Notes: generated from the sequence alone by a model not told the origin. A DNA stretch of 64,000 nt from an uncultured Collinsella sp. (GCA_900550185.1 URRN01000001.1:2602-66601); one strand, 5' to 3'. Positions 19,692 through 29,235 are shown, counted from the stretch's first letter. Numbers and translations are program-made.

Positions 19692-20926
19692 AGCGAGCCC
19701 CCTATCGAGTCGAGCAGGCCGAGGTTGGCCGCGGCGGCCGCCTCGATGTCGCCGGCGGCGTCGCCGAACCACCGCTTGCCGGCCATGGCCTCGGCGTAGT
19801 GCGCCGGGTCGTAGGCCGGCCCGCCCGCCACGTGCGTGGCCACCAGCTCGCCGCCGACGTAGCAGTCCATCGCGCCGCCGGGCATGCAGACGATGCGGGC
19901 GGGCCTGCCGATGCAGCGCCTGGGCACCGACATGGGCTCGCCGTGCGCGCTCACCAGCATCGTGGCCGGCACCCTGGCCACGCGCACCACGTCGCCCATC
20001 GCCTCCTCGAGGGCGCGCAGGTTGCCGACGGGCAGCAGCGCGTCCTTCTCCTCCATGAACAGCGCGGAGGGCGGCAGCCCCGTGGTCTCGTTGGGCTCGG
20101 AGTTGCTGGCGTCCTCGATCCGCGCGACGATCTCGTCGATGTCGTCCCAGCCGTCGAAGTCGCCCTGGTAGGCCATGAGCCGCGACAGGAAGCGGTTCGA
20201 CGACTCGACCTTGCCCTTCGTCTGGGGGCTGCGCGGGCGGCACAGCTTCAGCTCGAAGCCGGCGGCCTTGGCGAACTCGTACGCGCGCTGGACCTTGAGG
20301 CGCCTGCCGCCCTTGATCGTCACCAGGGCGGACATGTTGTCCGTGACCCACTCGCGCGGCACGCCGCCGAGCCTCGCGATCGTGGCGTACATGCACCTGA
20401 CCAGGTCGTCGGTCGTCCTGGTCCTCGACCGGATGAATATGTGCCTGCGGGAATGGCCCAGCGTCGCCGCGAACACGTTGAACTCGAACAGCTCGCCGTC
20501 GCGGTTCGCCATCTTGACGGACTCCTTCCAGTCGAACTGCAGCTGCAGTCCGGGCGGCGTCTCGAAGCGCGGGTGTGGCTCCGGGCCGCCGGAGGCCCCG
20601 ACGGCGATGCCGTTCTTGCGCATGAACTGGGTGAAGGCGTTGTAGCCGGCCAGGTCCTCGCCGGGATACCTGTGCAGCAGCCACTCGTGGATGCCCTTCT
20701 TGGTGACTCCCGGCAGCTGCGCCTTGGCGGCCACCTCCTCGATGTGCGCGTCGAACGAGCCCGCCCTGTCGCCGCGCCCGTCGTGGGGTCGCCCGCCCTC
20801 GGCCCTCCAGTACGACGCCACGGTGTGCCTGTCCTTGCCGTAGCGCTTCGCTATGTCGCTGAAGTTGGGCTTTATGCCCGCTTCCCTGTACATGTCCAAC
20901 TCTCCGATCAGGTTCTTCTCCGCCAC
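19688..20926 (-). CDS. istA: IS21 transposase
   Basis: RFETPPGLQLQFDW, VTDNM, PQTKGKVES. Confidence 0.93.
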   Translation of the reverse strand: MAEKNLIGELDMYREAGIKPNFSDIAKRYGKDRHTVASYWRAEGGRPHDGRGDRAGSFDAHIEEVAAKAQLPGVTKKGIHEWLLHRYPGEDLAGYNAFTQFMRKNGIAVGASGGPEPHPRFETPPGLQLQFDWKESVKMANRDGELFEFNVFAATLGHSRRHIFIRSRTRTTDDLVRCMYATIARLGGVPREWVTDNMSALVTIKGGRRLKVQRAYEFAKAAGFELKLCRPRSPQTKGKVESSNRFLSRLMAYQGDFDGWDDIDEIVARIEDASNSEPNETTGLPPSALFMEEKDALLPVGNLRALEEAMGDVVRVARVPATMLVSAHGEPMSVPRRCIGRPARIVCMPGGAMDCYVGGELVATHVAGGPAYDPAHYAEAMAGKRWFGDAAGDIEAAAAANLGLLDSIGGSL

Positions 20927-21087
20927 GGCCCGCTCCTCCCGAAAGCATCGTTCGCTCGTCGATCGAAGCGTAAGCCCCGGCGTTGGTGGAAATGGTGAAA
21001 ATGCGTTGGCGCAAATGGCGGGATTGCGTTGGCATGATTGGTTGTTGAGCGTTGGTCAAAATGGTTGTTTTTACAGTAGCGCTAACA

Positions 21088-21897
21088 CTGGAGTGCTCGG
21101 GGCTCAGGAGGTCGACCTACTACTACGCGCTGGCGCACCCGCGGAGGCCGACCAGGCCCGAACTGCGCGACGCCGCGGCCGAGATATTCTCGCGCACCGC
21201 CAACGGCTGCGGGCACCGGCAGATAGCCATGTGCCTGCGTGCCGAGCTGGGCGCGGTCGTGGCCGACAAGACCGTGCTCAAGATGATGCGCGAGATGGGC
21301 ATCCGGTGCGGGATACGCCGCCGGGGCTCCCGCCGCCGGTACAGCTCCTACAGGGGGCTCGTGGGGAGCACGTTCGAGAACGTCATCGCGAGGGACTTCG
21401 GCGCCGAGGGGCCGTGGCAGAAGCTCGGCACCGACGTCACCGAGTTCAAGGTCGCCGGCGCCAAGGCCTACTGGGCCCCGGTGCTCGACTTCTGCACGAA
21501 GGAGATCGTGGCGAGCGACATATCGACCTCGCCGGACCTCGCCCAGCAGCACAGGATGCTCGACCGGCTCCTCGAGGCCCTGCCCGGCGGGGCGGCGCCG
21601 ACCATGCACTCGGACATGGGCTGGCAGTACCAGCACGAGTCCTACACCTCCAGGCTGGAGGGGGCGGGCATCACCCAGAGCATGTCGCGCAAGGGGAACT
21701 GCATCGACAACGCCGCCACCGAGCAGCTCTTCGGCCACGTGAAGGACGAGTTCTACCGCGGCAGGGAGTGGGGCAGCTTCGGGGACTTCAAGCGCGACCT
21801 GGAGGGGTACATAGCCCATTGGAACACGCGGCGCAGGCAGGTAAGATTGAAGGGCCTGACGCCGGAGGAGTTCCGGAACCGGGCCCTTGCGGCGTAG
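21088..21897 (+). pseudogene. IS3 OrfB DDE transposase, 3' part (5' part at about 18727-18797)
   Basis: TDVTEF, HSDMGWQY, SMSRKGNCIDNA; removing IS21 plus one CTGGA restores RHLLECSGLRRSTYYY. Confidence 0.88.
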
Positions 21898-21960
21898 TCG
21901 CTATTTATTCAGTCCAAGTTTCGGGGCGCAGTTCACAGGCACCTTTGTGGTGGTTTTTGT

Positions 21961-22821
21961 TTAAGTGCCGGCGATGAGGAGATTTGGGCGGGCGTCGTCG
22001 GCGACCTCGGCGATTGAGGTGGCGACGGCGTGATCGGGGTCACGGTCCATCACGATGGCGTTGACGTCGGTCAGCTCGGCAAAGCGGTACATGCCACGTC
22101 CGTTGACCTTACTGGCGTCCATGAGGGCGACGCTTTGATGGGCCGCGGCGATCATAGCCGTTTTGGTCTCGGCCATCTGGGGAAAGTCGGTCGTAAAGCC
22201 GCAGCTGGGGACAAAGGCGCCGGGGCACATGACGGCCAGATCGGCATGGACCATTTGGAGCGCCTGCATGGTAAGTGGGCCGTACAGATAGCGATGGCCT
22301 TTGCGCAGCGCCCCGCCCAGCATGACGACATCGACCGAGGGCATGCTCTCGTCGATGTAATCGGCAATGGTAATGTCGGCCGTGATGACGGTGATGCCAT
22401 CGCGCTGGTCGAGGAGCCGGACAAACTCGAGCGCCGTGGTGCCCGAGTCGACGAGCAGCGTGTCGCCGTCATTGACGAGCTCGATGGCGCTTTGCGCGAT
22501 GGCCTGCTTGGCGGCGACGTTGACATTGATGCGGCGATCCTGCGTGGAAACGGTTAGGCGTTTGTGGAGCGATACGGCACCACCATGTGTGCGGCGCAGC
22601 TTGCCTGCTTCGGCGAGCGCGTCAAGGTCGGCGCGGGCGGTGACGGAGGACACGCCAAAGGTCTGGGCGATTTCTGCTACCTGCACCGAGGCATTATGAT
22701 CGAGCATTTCCAAAATGGCGGTACGGCGTTCGTCGGCAAAGGCACGGTTGGTGGCTTGGGCCATGCTTGCTCCATTCTCGGCTAAATTTGCAGGAATTGT
22801 GTTGACTCTATTTTCGTTCAT
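21961..22821 (-). CDS. DeoR-family regulator (AgaR-like)
   Basis: ERRTAIL..FGVSSVTARADL..RTHGGA, DSGTT; start could be at 22764. Confidence 0.9.
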   Translation of the reverse strand: MNENRVNTIPANLAENGASMAQATNRAFADERRTAILEMLDHNASVQVAEIAQTFGVSSVTARADLDALAEAGKLRRTHGGAVSLHKRLTVSTQDRRINVNVAAKQAIAQSAIELVNDGDTLLVDSGTTALEFVRLLDQRDGITVITADITIADYIDESMPSVDVVMLGGALRKGHRYLYGPLTMQALQMVHADLAVMCPGAFVPSCGFTTDFPQMAETKTAMIAAAHQSVALMDASKVNGRGMYRFAELTDVNAIVMDRDPDHAVATSIAEVADDARPNLLIAGT

Positions 22822-23098
22822 TTTCTTTTTGAGTAAGAAAACACCTTTCGATTACTTATCTTTTCTATAAAAGAAAGACGCTGAACGTCCAAAATTCAAT
22901 ATCGAACATGTCCACTCGGCTCAAATTCCTTCCGTTTACTTTTCAAAAACGACTGTATTGACCTGCATCGGCTCAATATCTCGCGCGTGCAAAGCCGCTG
23001 AATTTCATACAATGAACGCAGCAAAACGCAAGGTAAAACGCCTTGTGAACAACTACGCCCGATGTCCAGATGCGGGCGAGGGAGAGGAGCAAACGCTC

Positions 23099-23956
23099 AT
23101 GGCACTTGTTACCACCGAAAAGATGCTCAAGGACGCTCAGGCCGGTCATTACGCCGTTGGCGCGTTCAACGTCGAGAACCTCGAGTTTGTTATGGCCGTT
23201 CTGGCCGCTGCCGAGGAGACCAAGTCCCCCGTCATCATGCAGACCACCCCGGGCACCATCAAGACCGCTGGTCTGGACTACTTCTACGGCATGGTCAAGG
23301 CTGCCGCCGAGCGCGCTTCCGTGCCCGTTGCCCTGCACCTCGATCACGGCGACGGCTATGACCGCTGCATGCAGGCTTTCCGCACCGGCTACACCTCTGT
23401 CATGATCGACGGCTCGCACGAGTCCTTCGAGGACAACATCGCCCTGACCAAGTCCGTCGCCGATGCTGGCCGCGCCATGGGCGTGCCCGTCGAGGCCGAG
23501 CTCGGTAAGGTTGGTGGCAAGGAGGACGACGGTCCCGCGGTTGAGGGCGAGAGCCCCTACACCGATCCTGCCGAGGCCAAGGAGTTCGTCGAGCGTACCG
23601 GCTGCACCTCCCTCGCTATTGGCGTTGGCACCAGCCACGGCGTGTACACGAGCGATCCGCACATCGAGCAGTCCGTGGTCAAGGCCATCCGCGACGCCGT
23701 CGACGTGCCGCTGGTTCTGCACGGCACTTCCGGTGTGCCCGATGAGCAGGTTGCCGAGGCTGTGAAGAACGGTATCTGCAAGGTCAACTACGCCACCGAG
23801 CTGCGTCAGGCCTACACCAAGGGCTTCATGGCCTACATGGCCGAGAACCCTGCCTGCTTCGACCCCAAGAAGCCGGCCAAGGAGGGTATGCGTGAGATCA
23901 CCGAGCTGGTTAAGATCCGCATGACCAACCTCAACTCTGTGGGCAAAGCAGAGTAA
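23099..23956 (+). CDS. Class II tagatose/fructose-1,6-bisphosphate aldolase (GatY/KbaY-like)
   Basis: ALHLDH, SVMIDGS, VEAELG, LVLHG, TPGT and KVNYATEL. Confidence 0.9.
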   Translation: MALVTTEKMLKDAQAGHYAVGAFNVENLEFVMAVLAAAEETKSPVIMQTTPGTIKTAGLDYFYGMVKAAAERASVPVALHLDHGDGYDRCMQAFRTGYTSVMIDGSHESFEDNIALTKSVADAGRAMGVPVEAELGKVGGKEDDGPAVEGESPYTDPAEAKEFVERTGCTSLAIGVGTSHGVYTSDPHIEQSVVKAIRDAVDVPLVLHGTSGVPDEQVAEAVKNGICKVNYATELRQAYTKGFMAYMAENPACFDPKKPAKEGMREITELVKIRMTNLNSVGKAE

Positions 23957-23989
23957 CAGCAAGGGTACTCCGACTCGCTACATATCCCG

Positions 23990-24114
23990 GGGAGGGACGA
24001 GGGCTTAGTTCCCCAATCGTCCTCGGGCATGCAAAAAGCCTCGCTGCGCACTTCGTGCGGCGAGGCTTTTTGCCCCCTACGGAAAGATTGGGGAACTAAG
24101 CCCTCGTCCCTCCC
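23990..24114 (+). repeat. Structured 3' element, copy 1 (candidate ncRNA/ssDNA motif)
   Basis: 29 bp perfect outer stem; core CGTCCTCGG..CGCTGCGCACTTCGTGCGGCG..CGGAA shared with 50892-51040 and 63382-63508. Confidence 0.75.
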
Positions 24115-24658
24115 AAGTTGACCTGCTTGAGGTCGTCGCCCTTGTGGCGTTGGGCGGAAAAATTGGAGCGTGAGGGCTACTTTGTTGATGAGGGATCAGT
24201 ATGCCCGGGCTTGGTTGGGGAAGGTTTTGTCTAGAGATGCTTGGAGCTTTTCGAAGGATGCTCGTAAGTTGAGGCTCTGATCGGCTGAGCGCTTGGTTTT
24301 TGTGGTGGGGGAGTCGAGGAGGCCGTTTCTCTGTGTCGGGGGGAAGGAGAAAAGGTTTGCATGTTTTAGGGATGGCTGCTGTGCTGCATCATTGGAAGAA
24401 TGCATGCTTTTGCGGCCTCCTCGATATCCACCAAAAGGATGCGCTCGGGGTTTGCTGCTAGGTCCCGTGCGCTGGCTACATTATGCCGCGGCTGCCGCAA
24501 AGAAGCGCTAAAGAAAGGCTTAACCTGGTTTGGTGTTACGATGAAACTGCAGGTCAGAGGTATCGAGTAACACTCTTGAAAGGTTTTGAGCTTAAGGGCT
24601 TTCTAAGGTTTGTGACGTGGATGTGGCGCGGACGTGCGTAGCGTGTGAATGCTCGCTG

Positions 24659-25645
24659 TTAGCGCTGCGGCTCTGTGGCGCGCACCTGCTCGATGACCTT
24701 TTCCATCGTGGCGTCGATGCGGTCTTTTTTGAGTTCGCATTCCCAGATGGTTATGGGCGTCCAGCCCATTTGAGTGAGCGCTGCCACGGCAGCACGGTCG
24801 CGCTCGACGTTGCGACGGAACTTTGCCTCCCAAAACTCAACGTTGCGCTTGGGCTGGCTTGGGTTGCACTTGGGGCAGCGGTGCCAAAAGCAACCGTTGA
24901 CGAAGATGGCGATCTTGCGGCCGGGGAAGGCGATGTCGGGCTTGCCGGGTACCTTCCATTCCAAACGATAGCCCGTAAGGCCCGCGGCCCGTAGGCGCTG
25001 ACGTACGAGCAGCTCGGGCTTGGTGTTGGCGCGCTTGTTGCCCTTCATGGACTTTTTGATGGCGGCGCGACGGCGGACCAGTTCGCGCTCGTCAGCGGAG
25101 AGGTCCGAGGTATCGATGCCGTCGAGCAGACCGGGCTTGGGACGCTTTTTGCTGCGGCGTTTAGGTGCGCGCTTGGGTTTGGTGGCGGGTTTGTCGGTTG
25201 TGTTGGGCGCGGCGTTATCGGCGGAGCTTGCCTCAAGCCGATCTTCCTTTAACTCAATCAGAGCATCAATGAGCCCCTTGTCGGCGGGCATCCATTCCAC
25301 CGTGGCAAGCGAGGTGCGTGGAATCCAGCGGATATCAAGCTGGCGGTCGTGTTTCTGGGGCTCATCGGATTCATCGGCGAGCGAGCAGTAGTAACACTCC
25401 ATGGAGAGATGAAAATCGGGGTAGTCATACTCAACGGTGTAGAAATCACGCAGGTTGGTGACTTTTACCTGTAGCTCTTCCATAAGCTCGCGGCGCACGG
25501 CGTCTTCGGGTGTCTCGCCGCGCATGAGCTTGCCGCCTGGGAACTCCCATAGTCCCTGCATGTCGCCGTAGCCGCGCTGCACGGCAAGCAGCTCGTCAGA
25601 TCCATCCTTGCGAATGATCCCGGCGGCAACATGAACAGTCTTCAA
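24659..25645 (-). CDS. Nudix (MutT/NudG-like) hydrolase fused to Vsr very-short-patch-repair endonuclease
   Basis: Nudix box GGKLMRGETPEDAVRRELMEEL; Vsr motifs NTKPE, PGKPD, FVNGCFWH, IWECE. Confidence 0.88.
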   Translation of the reverse strand: MKTVHVAAGIIRKDGSDELLAVQRGYGDMQGLWEFPGGKLMRGETPEDAVRRELMEELQVKVTNLRDFYTVEYDYPDFHLSMECYYCSLADESDEPQKHDRQLDIRWIPRTSLATVEWMPADKGLIDALIELKEDRLEASSADNAAPNTTDKPATKPKRAPKRRSKKRPKPGLLDGIDTSDLSADERELVRRRAAIKKSMKGNKRANTKPELLVRQRLRAAGLTGYRLEWKVPGKPDIAFPGRKIAIFVNGCFWHRCPKCNPSQPKRNVEFWEAKFRRNVERDRAAVAALTQMGWTPITIWECELKKDRIDATMEKVIEQVRATEPQR

Positions 25646-25785
25646 CAGGAGTCCTTCCTCAACATCAAAACGTTCCCTGCACTACCTTACGCAACGGTAA
25701 GGCAAGCGTAAGCCATATCGATGGTAGCCGACTCGGCTTCTTGCGACTATAGATGCCGTAGACTAATCGCAAGAAAGGACTCGGT

Positions 25786-26571
25786 ATGCAAACCACGCAC
25801 ATGGCGACCCCGGTACTGGAGGTCGCGCATCTCGAAAAGGTATATGGAGCGCTGGGCAACGTGACCCGCGCGCTCAACGACGTCAGCTTTACCGTCAACC
25901 GCGGCGAATTTGTTGGCATCATGGGCGCCTCGGGCTCGGGTAAGTCGACGTTGCTCAACTGCGTCTCGACCATCGATAGCGCCACGAGTGGCACCATCCG
26001 CATCAACGGCCAGGATGTGACGCGCATGAAGCAGGCCAAGCTTTCGCAGTTCCGCCGCGAGGAGCTCGGCTTTATCTTCCAGGACTCCAACCTGCTCGAT
26101 ACGCTCACGGCACGCGAGAACATCGCCCTGCCGCTCACCATCGCCCGCACAAACTCGGCAGAGATCTCGACCCGCGTGCAGGATGTAGCCGCGCGTCTGT
26201 CTATCAGTCAGGTGCTCGACAAGTATCCCTACCAGATGTCCGGCGGTCAGCAACAGCGCGTTGCCGCGGCTCGCGCACTCGTCACCGACCCAACTATGAT
26301 CATGGCCGACGAGCCCACCGGCGCCCTCGATTCCAAGAGCGCCCGCCTGCTGCTCGAGAGCCTAGAGGCCCTCAACCGCCGCCTGCGCGCCACCGTGCTC
26401 ATGGTCACGCACGACAGCTTTGCCGCCAGCTACACGAGCCGTGTGCTGTTTATCCGCGACGGCAAGATTTTCACCGAGCTGCGCCGCGGCGACACCGACC
26501 GACGAGAGTTCTTCGACCGCATTATGGAGGTCGTTGCCATGATGGGCGGTGAGGGCTCCGATGCTCTGTAA
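25786..26571 (+). CDS. ABC transporter ATPase (BceA/LolD-like)
   Basis: GASGSGKS, MSGGQQQR, ADEPTGALDS, VTHD. Confidence 0.93.
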   Translation: MQTTHMATPVLEVAHLEKVYGALGNVTRALNDVSFTVNRGEFVGIMGASGSGKSTLLNCVSTIDSATSGTIRINGQDVTRMKQAKLSQFRREELGFIFQDSNLLDTLTARENIALPLTIARTNSAEISTRVQDVAARLSISQVLDKYPYQMSGGQQQRVAAARALVTDPTMIMADEPTGALDSKSARLLLESLEALNRRLRATVLMVTHDSFAASYTSRVLFIRDGKIFTELRRGDTDRREFFDRIMEVVAMMGGEGSDAL

Positions 26572-28798
26572 ACTCGCTTGGGGCAACGTCCGCCGCGCCG
26601 GCCGCGATTACCTTGTCTACTTGCTGACGCTCACCTTGGGCGTCACGGTCTTCTATGCCTTCAACACCGTCTCGATGCAGGTCGACATTGCCGGCATCAA
26701 GGAGGAGGGACTGTCCGAGCTCATGGGCAGCATGCTCGGCTACCTGACGTACTTTTTGGCCGGCGTCATGGCCTTTTTGATGGTGTATGCCAACAACTTC
26801 ATCATGAAGCGCCGCAAAAAGGAGTTCGGCCTGTACCAGGTGCTCGGCATGCGCCGCGGGCGCGTCGCCACGATCATGGCGCTCGAGACCGTATTTGTTT
26901 CGGTCGGCGCTTTTGTCGCCGGCATTGTGCTGGGCGTGGGGCTCTCCCAGCTCATGATGTTCTTTACGGCCTCGCTCTTTAAGACACAGATCGCTAATTT
27001 CCACTTCTTTTTCTCGGTGCATGCGTTCAACCTGACCCTTGCCTGCATGCTCGTGATGTTTGTGCTCACGCTGCTGCTGAACCTTCGCGCCGTGCGCCGC
27101 ACCAGGCTCATTGAGCTCATGGGTGCCGAGCGTCGCAACGAGAGCATCAAGACGCGCAACCCCTGGATCGCGATTGCCATCTTTGCCGTGGGCGTGGCGC
27201 TTGTGGGCGTGGCCTATTACCGTCTGCTACGTGATGGGTTCCCGCTGACTGCGACGGACAGCAAGCTGCAAGAGGCCATGAGCCAGTTTGGCATTACGAC
27301 CGCTATGGTTACAGTGGGTACCTTTGCGCTGTTCTGGGGACTCTCGGGCATGCTCATCAAGCTGCTGCAGAGCCTGCGCGGCGTGTACTGGCGCGGCCTC
27401 AACATGTTTACCGTGCGCCAGCTTGCGGCCAAGGTCAACACGGTGTGCTTTTCGATGGGCGTCATCGCGATGATTCTGTTTTTGGCCATTACCTCGGTGA
27501 CCTGCGGTATGTCGATTGCCAACGTGATGAACGAAAACCTGGAGCGTTATAACCCTGTTGACGTGTCTCAGACGTATGTCTATTACACGCCCGAAACGCT
27601 CGACTACTACAAGGAGTATGTCAATCCGTCTGAGGCCGATCGCATGGTGCTGGCCGATGCAACGGTCGATTTGTACGCTGCATGGCATGGCGATCGTAAA
27701 GATCCCGATAACGTTGCAGACGGTATTAAGGGCAAGTCGGCGGACAACAACGACGAGACCGGCAAGAAGGTCAATATCGCCGATGTTGCCGGTGAACATG
27801 TGCAGATCGATTCGTATCTGAGTTACCCGCTTGGCGGCTCGGGCCCCTCGGTGGTGGCGGGTGAGATGTGCAAGGCCATGGGCGAAAAGCTTCCCAAGGC
27901 GCTCGAGGGAAGCAACGCCGATGCGATGGGTCTGTTTGTGACGCCGGCGAGCCAGTACAACAAATTGCGCCAGATGATGGGCGAGGAGCTGGTGAGCATT
28001 GGCCGGGACCAGTACTTGCTTACGTGTGATATGGGCGGTGAGCTGGGCGACCTGTACACCAAATACATGGCCGGCGGCCATGCCCTCACCTTGGGCGGGC
28101 ATGAGCTCAAGCCCGCAACCGATAAGTCGGACGAGGACACGGCGGCCATCGCCAACTCGGCGATGGGCAGCAATCCCGGTACCGTGGTCGTAGCCGATGA
28201 ACTGCTGTCCCAGCTTAACCTGCAGCCGTATTCCAGTAATCTGCTCGTTAATTACAAACAGGGTATGGATACGACCGAGGCAGACGAGAGCATTAAATAC
28301 ACCTTGCTCGATAATCTGCTCGTTGACGGCAAGGAGCCGGGGTCGTGGGGAGTCTTCATCACGCGTTCCGAGATGTACACGCAAGCAGCGCAGATGAACG
28401 GCATGATTAGCTATCTGGCCATCTACATTGGCTTTGTACTGGTCGTTGCGTGCGCGGCGATACTGTCGATCCAGCAGCTCTCCAATGTGGCCGACGGCAG
28501 CCGCAGCTATCGTGTGCTGGCACAGATTGGCTGTGACGACCGCCAGATTCGTCATTCGGTGATGGCGCAGCAAGCGGTATTCTTCCTGTTCCCGCTGGCA
28601 GTGGGCCTGGCGCACTCCTTTGTGGCGCTCAAGGTGATCATCGAGCTGGTGAGCATATTCGGAGATATGAGCATCGCCGGCACCGTGGGCCTCACCTGCG
28701 CGATTTTCCTGGCGGCCTATGGTGGCTACTTCCTGGTAACGTACCTCATGAGCGCCGGCATGGTACAAGCTGCCATCGCCACCCGCTACAGTGAGTAA
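26561..28798 (+). CDS. BceB/FtsX-like ABC permease
   Basis: YANNFIMKRRKKEFGLYQVLGM, large extracellular loop, FFLFPL. Confidence 0.9.
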   Translation: MLCKLAWGNVRRAGRDYLVYLLTLTLGVTVFYAFNTVSMQVDIAGIKEEGLSELMGSMLGYLTYFLAGVMAFLMVYANNFIMKRRKKEFGLYQVLGMRRGRVATIMALETVFVSVGAFVAGIVLGVGLSQLMMFFTASLFKTQIANFHFFFSVHAFNLTLACMLVMFVLTLLLNLRAVRRTRLIELMGAERRNESIKTRNPWIAIAIFAVGVALVGVAYYRLLRDGFPLTATDSKLQEAMSQFGITTAMVTVGTFALFWGLSGMLIKLLQSLRGVYWRGLNMFTVRQLAAKVNTVCFSMGVIAMILFLAITSVTCGMSIANVMNENLERYNPVDVSQTYVYYTPETLDYYKEYVNPSEADRMVLADATVDLYAAWHGDRKDPDNVADGIKGKSADNNDETGKKVNIADVAGEHVQIDSYLSYPLGGSGPSVVAGEMCKAMGEKLPKALEGSNADAMGLFVTPASQYNKLRQMMGEELVSIGRDQYLLTCDMGGELGDLYTKYMAGGHALTLGGHELKPATDKSDEDTAAIANSAMGSNPGTVVVADELLSQLNLQPYSSNLLVNYKQGMDTTEADESIKYTLLDNLLVDGKEPGSWGVFITRSEMYTQAAQMNGMISYLAIYIGFVLVVACAAILSIQQLSNVADGSRSYRVLAQIGCDDRQIRHSVMAQQAVFFLFPLAVGLAHSFVALKVIIELVSIFGDMSIAGTVGLTCAIFLAAYGGYFLVTYLMSAGMVQAAIATRYSE

Positions 28799-28834
28799 CA
28801 GACGGGCAAAACCGTCGCAAAATCAGAGCGAATA

Positions 28835-28876
28835 ACCGCCGCGAAGGGAGTCCAGCTCCCTTCGCGGCGGTATTTT
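28835..28876 (+). terminator. Terminator hairpin
   Basis: ACCGCCGCGAAGGGAG/CTCCCTTCGCGGCGGT followed by ATTTT; related hairpins at 29037 and 33618. Confidence 0.7.
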
Positions 28877-28899
28877 GCGTATCTAGAGCATCTCAGATG

Positions 28900-29019
28900 C
28901 AAGTGAGTAGGCTTTTTGGATCTGCCGAGCACATCGCGGCAAGTGCTCAATAAAATCGCAGGTCAGGGCTGTGGCGTTTTGAGGTGTGCTCGGCATCCCG
29001 CCAAAAGCCTACTCACTTG
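28900..29019. repeat. Nested inverted repeat (MITE-like)
   Basis: CAAGTGAGTAGGCTTTT/AAAAGCCTACTCACTTG arms with inner TGCCGAGCACA/TGTGCTCGGCA. Confidence 0.65.
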
Positions 29020-29028
29020 GTTTTTACC

Positions 29029-29159
29029 GCTAGAAGACCGCCGCGAGGGAAAGCAGCTCCCTCGCGGCGGTTGGCGTTTGCCCAGATAAAACCTGCCAAA
29101 ACAAACCTGTCCCTTTTTAGCAGGTTATCGCTTCCAAAAGTGGAGGATCAGCGTGGTGC
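29029..29159. repeat. 131 bp direct repeat, left copy (contains duplicated aguR 3' end)
   Basis: Matches 33610-33740 with 7 mismatches by eye; minus strand encodes TTLILHFWKR*. Confidence 0.92.
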
Positions 29160-29235
29160 CTTTTGGTGGAGGGGGGATATTGATTAATTCGGGTAACATT
29201 TTTTTAACGCCGGGAACGATGTTAAAATACCCAAA

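Larger units (their letters stand above)
18798..21087 (-). mobile_element. IS21-family insertion sequence (istA-istB)
   Basis: Ends TGTTAGCG...CGCTAACA, multiple subterminal repeats, 5 bp target duplication CTGGA (18793-18797 and 21088-21092). Confidence 0.95.
18187..21935 (+). mobile_element. IS3-family insertion sequence interrupted by an IS21-family element
   Basis: Terminal IRs TGAACTGCCTCCCATTTCTTGGACA (18187) and AGTCCAAGTTTCGGGGCGCAGTTCA (ends 21935); orfA, A7 slippery site at 18691, DDE orfB. Confidence 0.92.

Noticed and set aside
18903..21059. 718 aa ORF as a giant IstB fusion
   Set aside because: Upstream part is an alternative frame of istA; real istB starts at GTG 19691
21052..21087. 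Start of the 281 aa ORF inside the IS21 end
   Set aside because: Chance start codon; the true OrfB N-terminus lies before 18798
24196..24511. Short ORFs in the aldolase-Nudix/Vsr gap
   Set aside because: No recognisable motif or RBS and atypical codon use
25684..25712. CTTAC-N6-GTAAG repeat upstream of the BceAB-like genes as a response-regulator box
   Set aside because: Plausible but short, and no cognate two-component system is in the window
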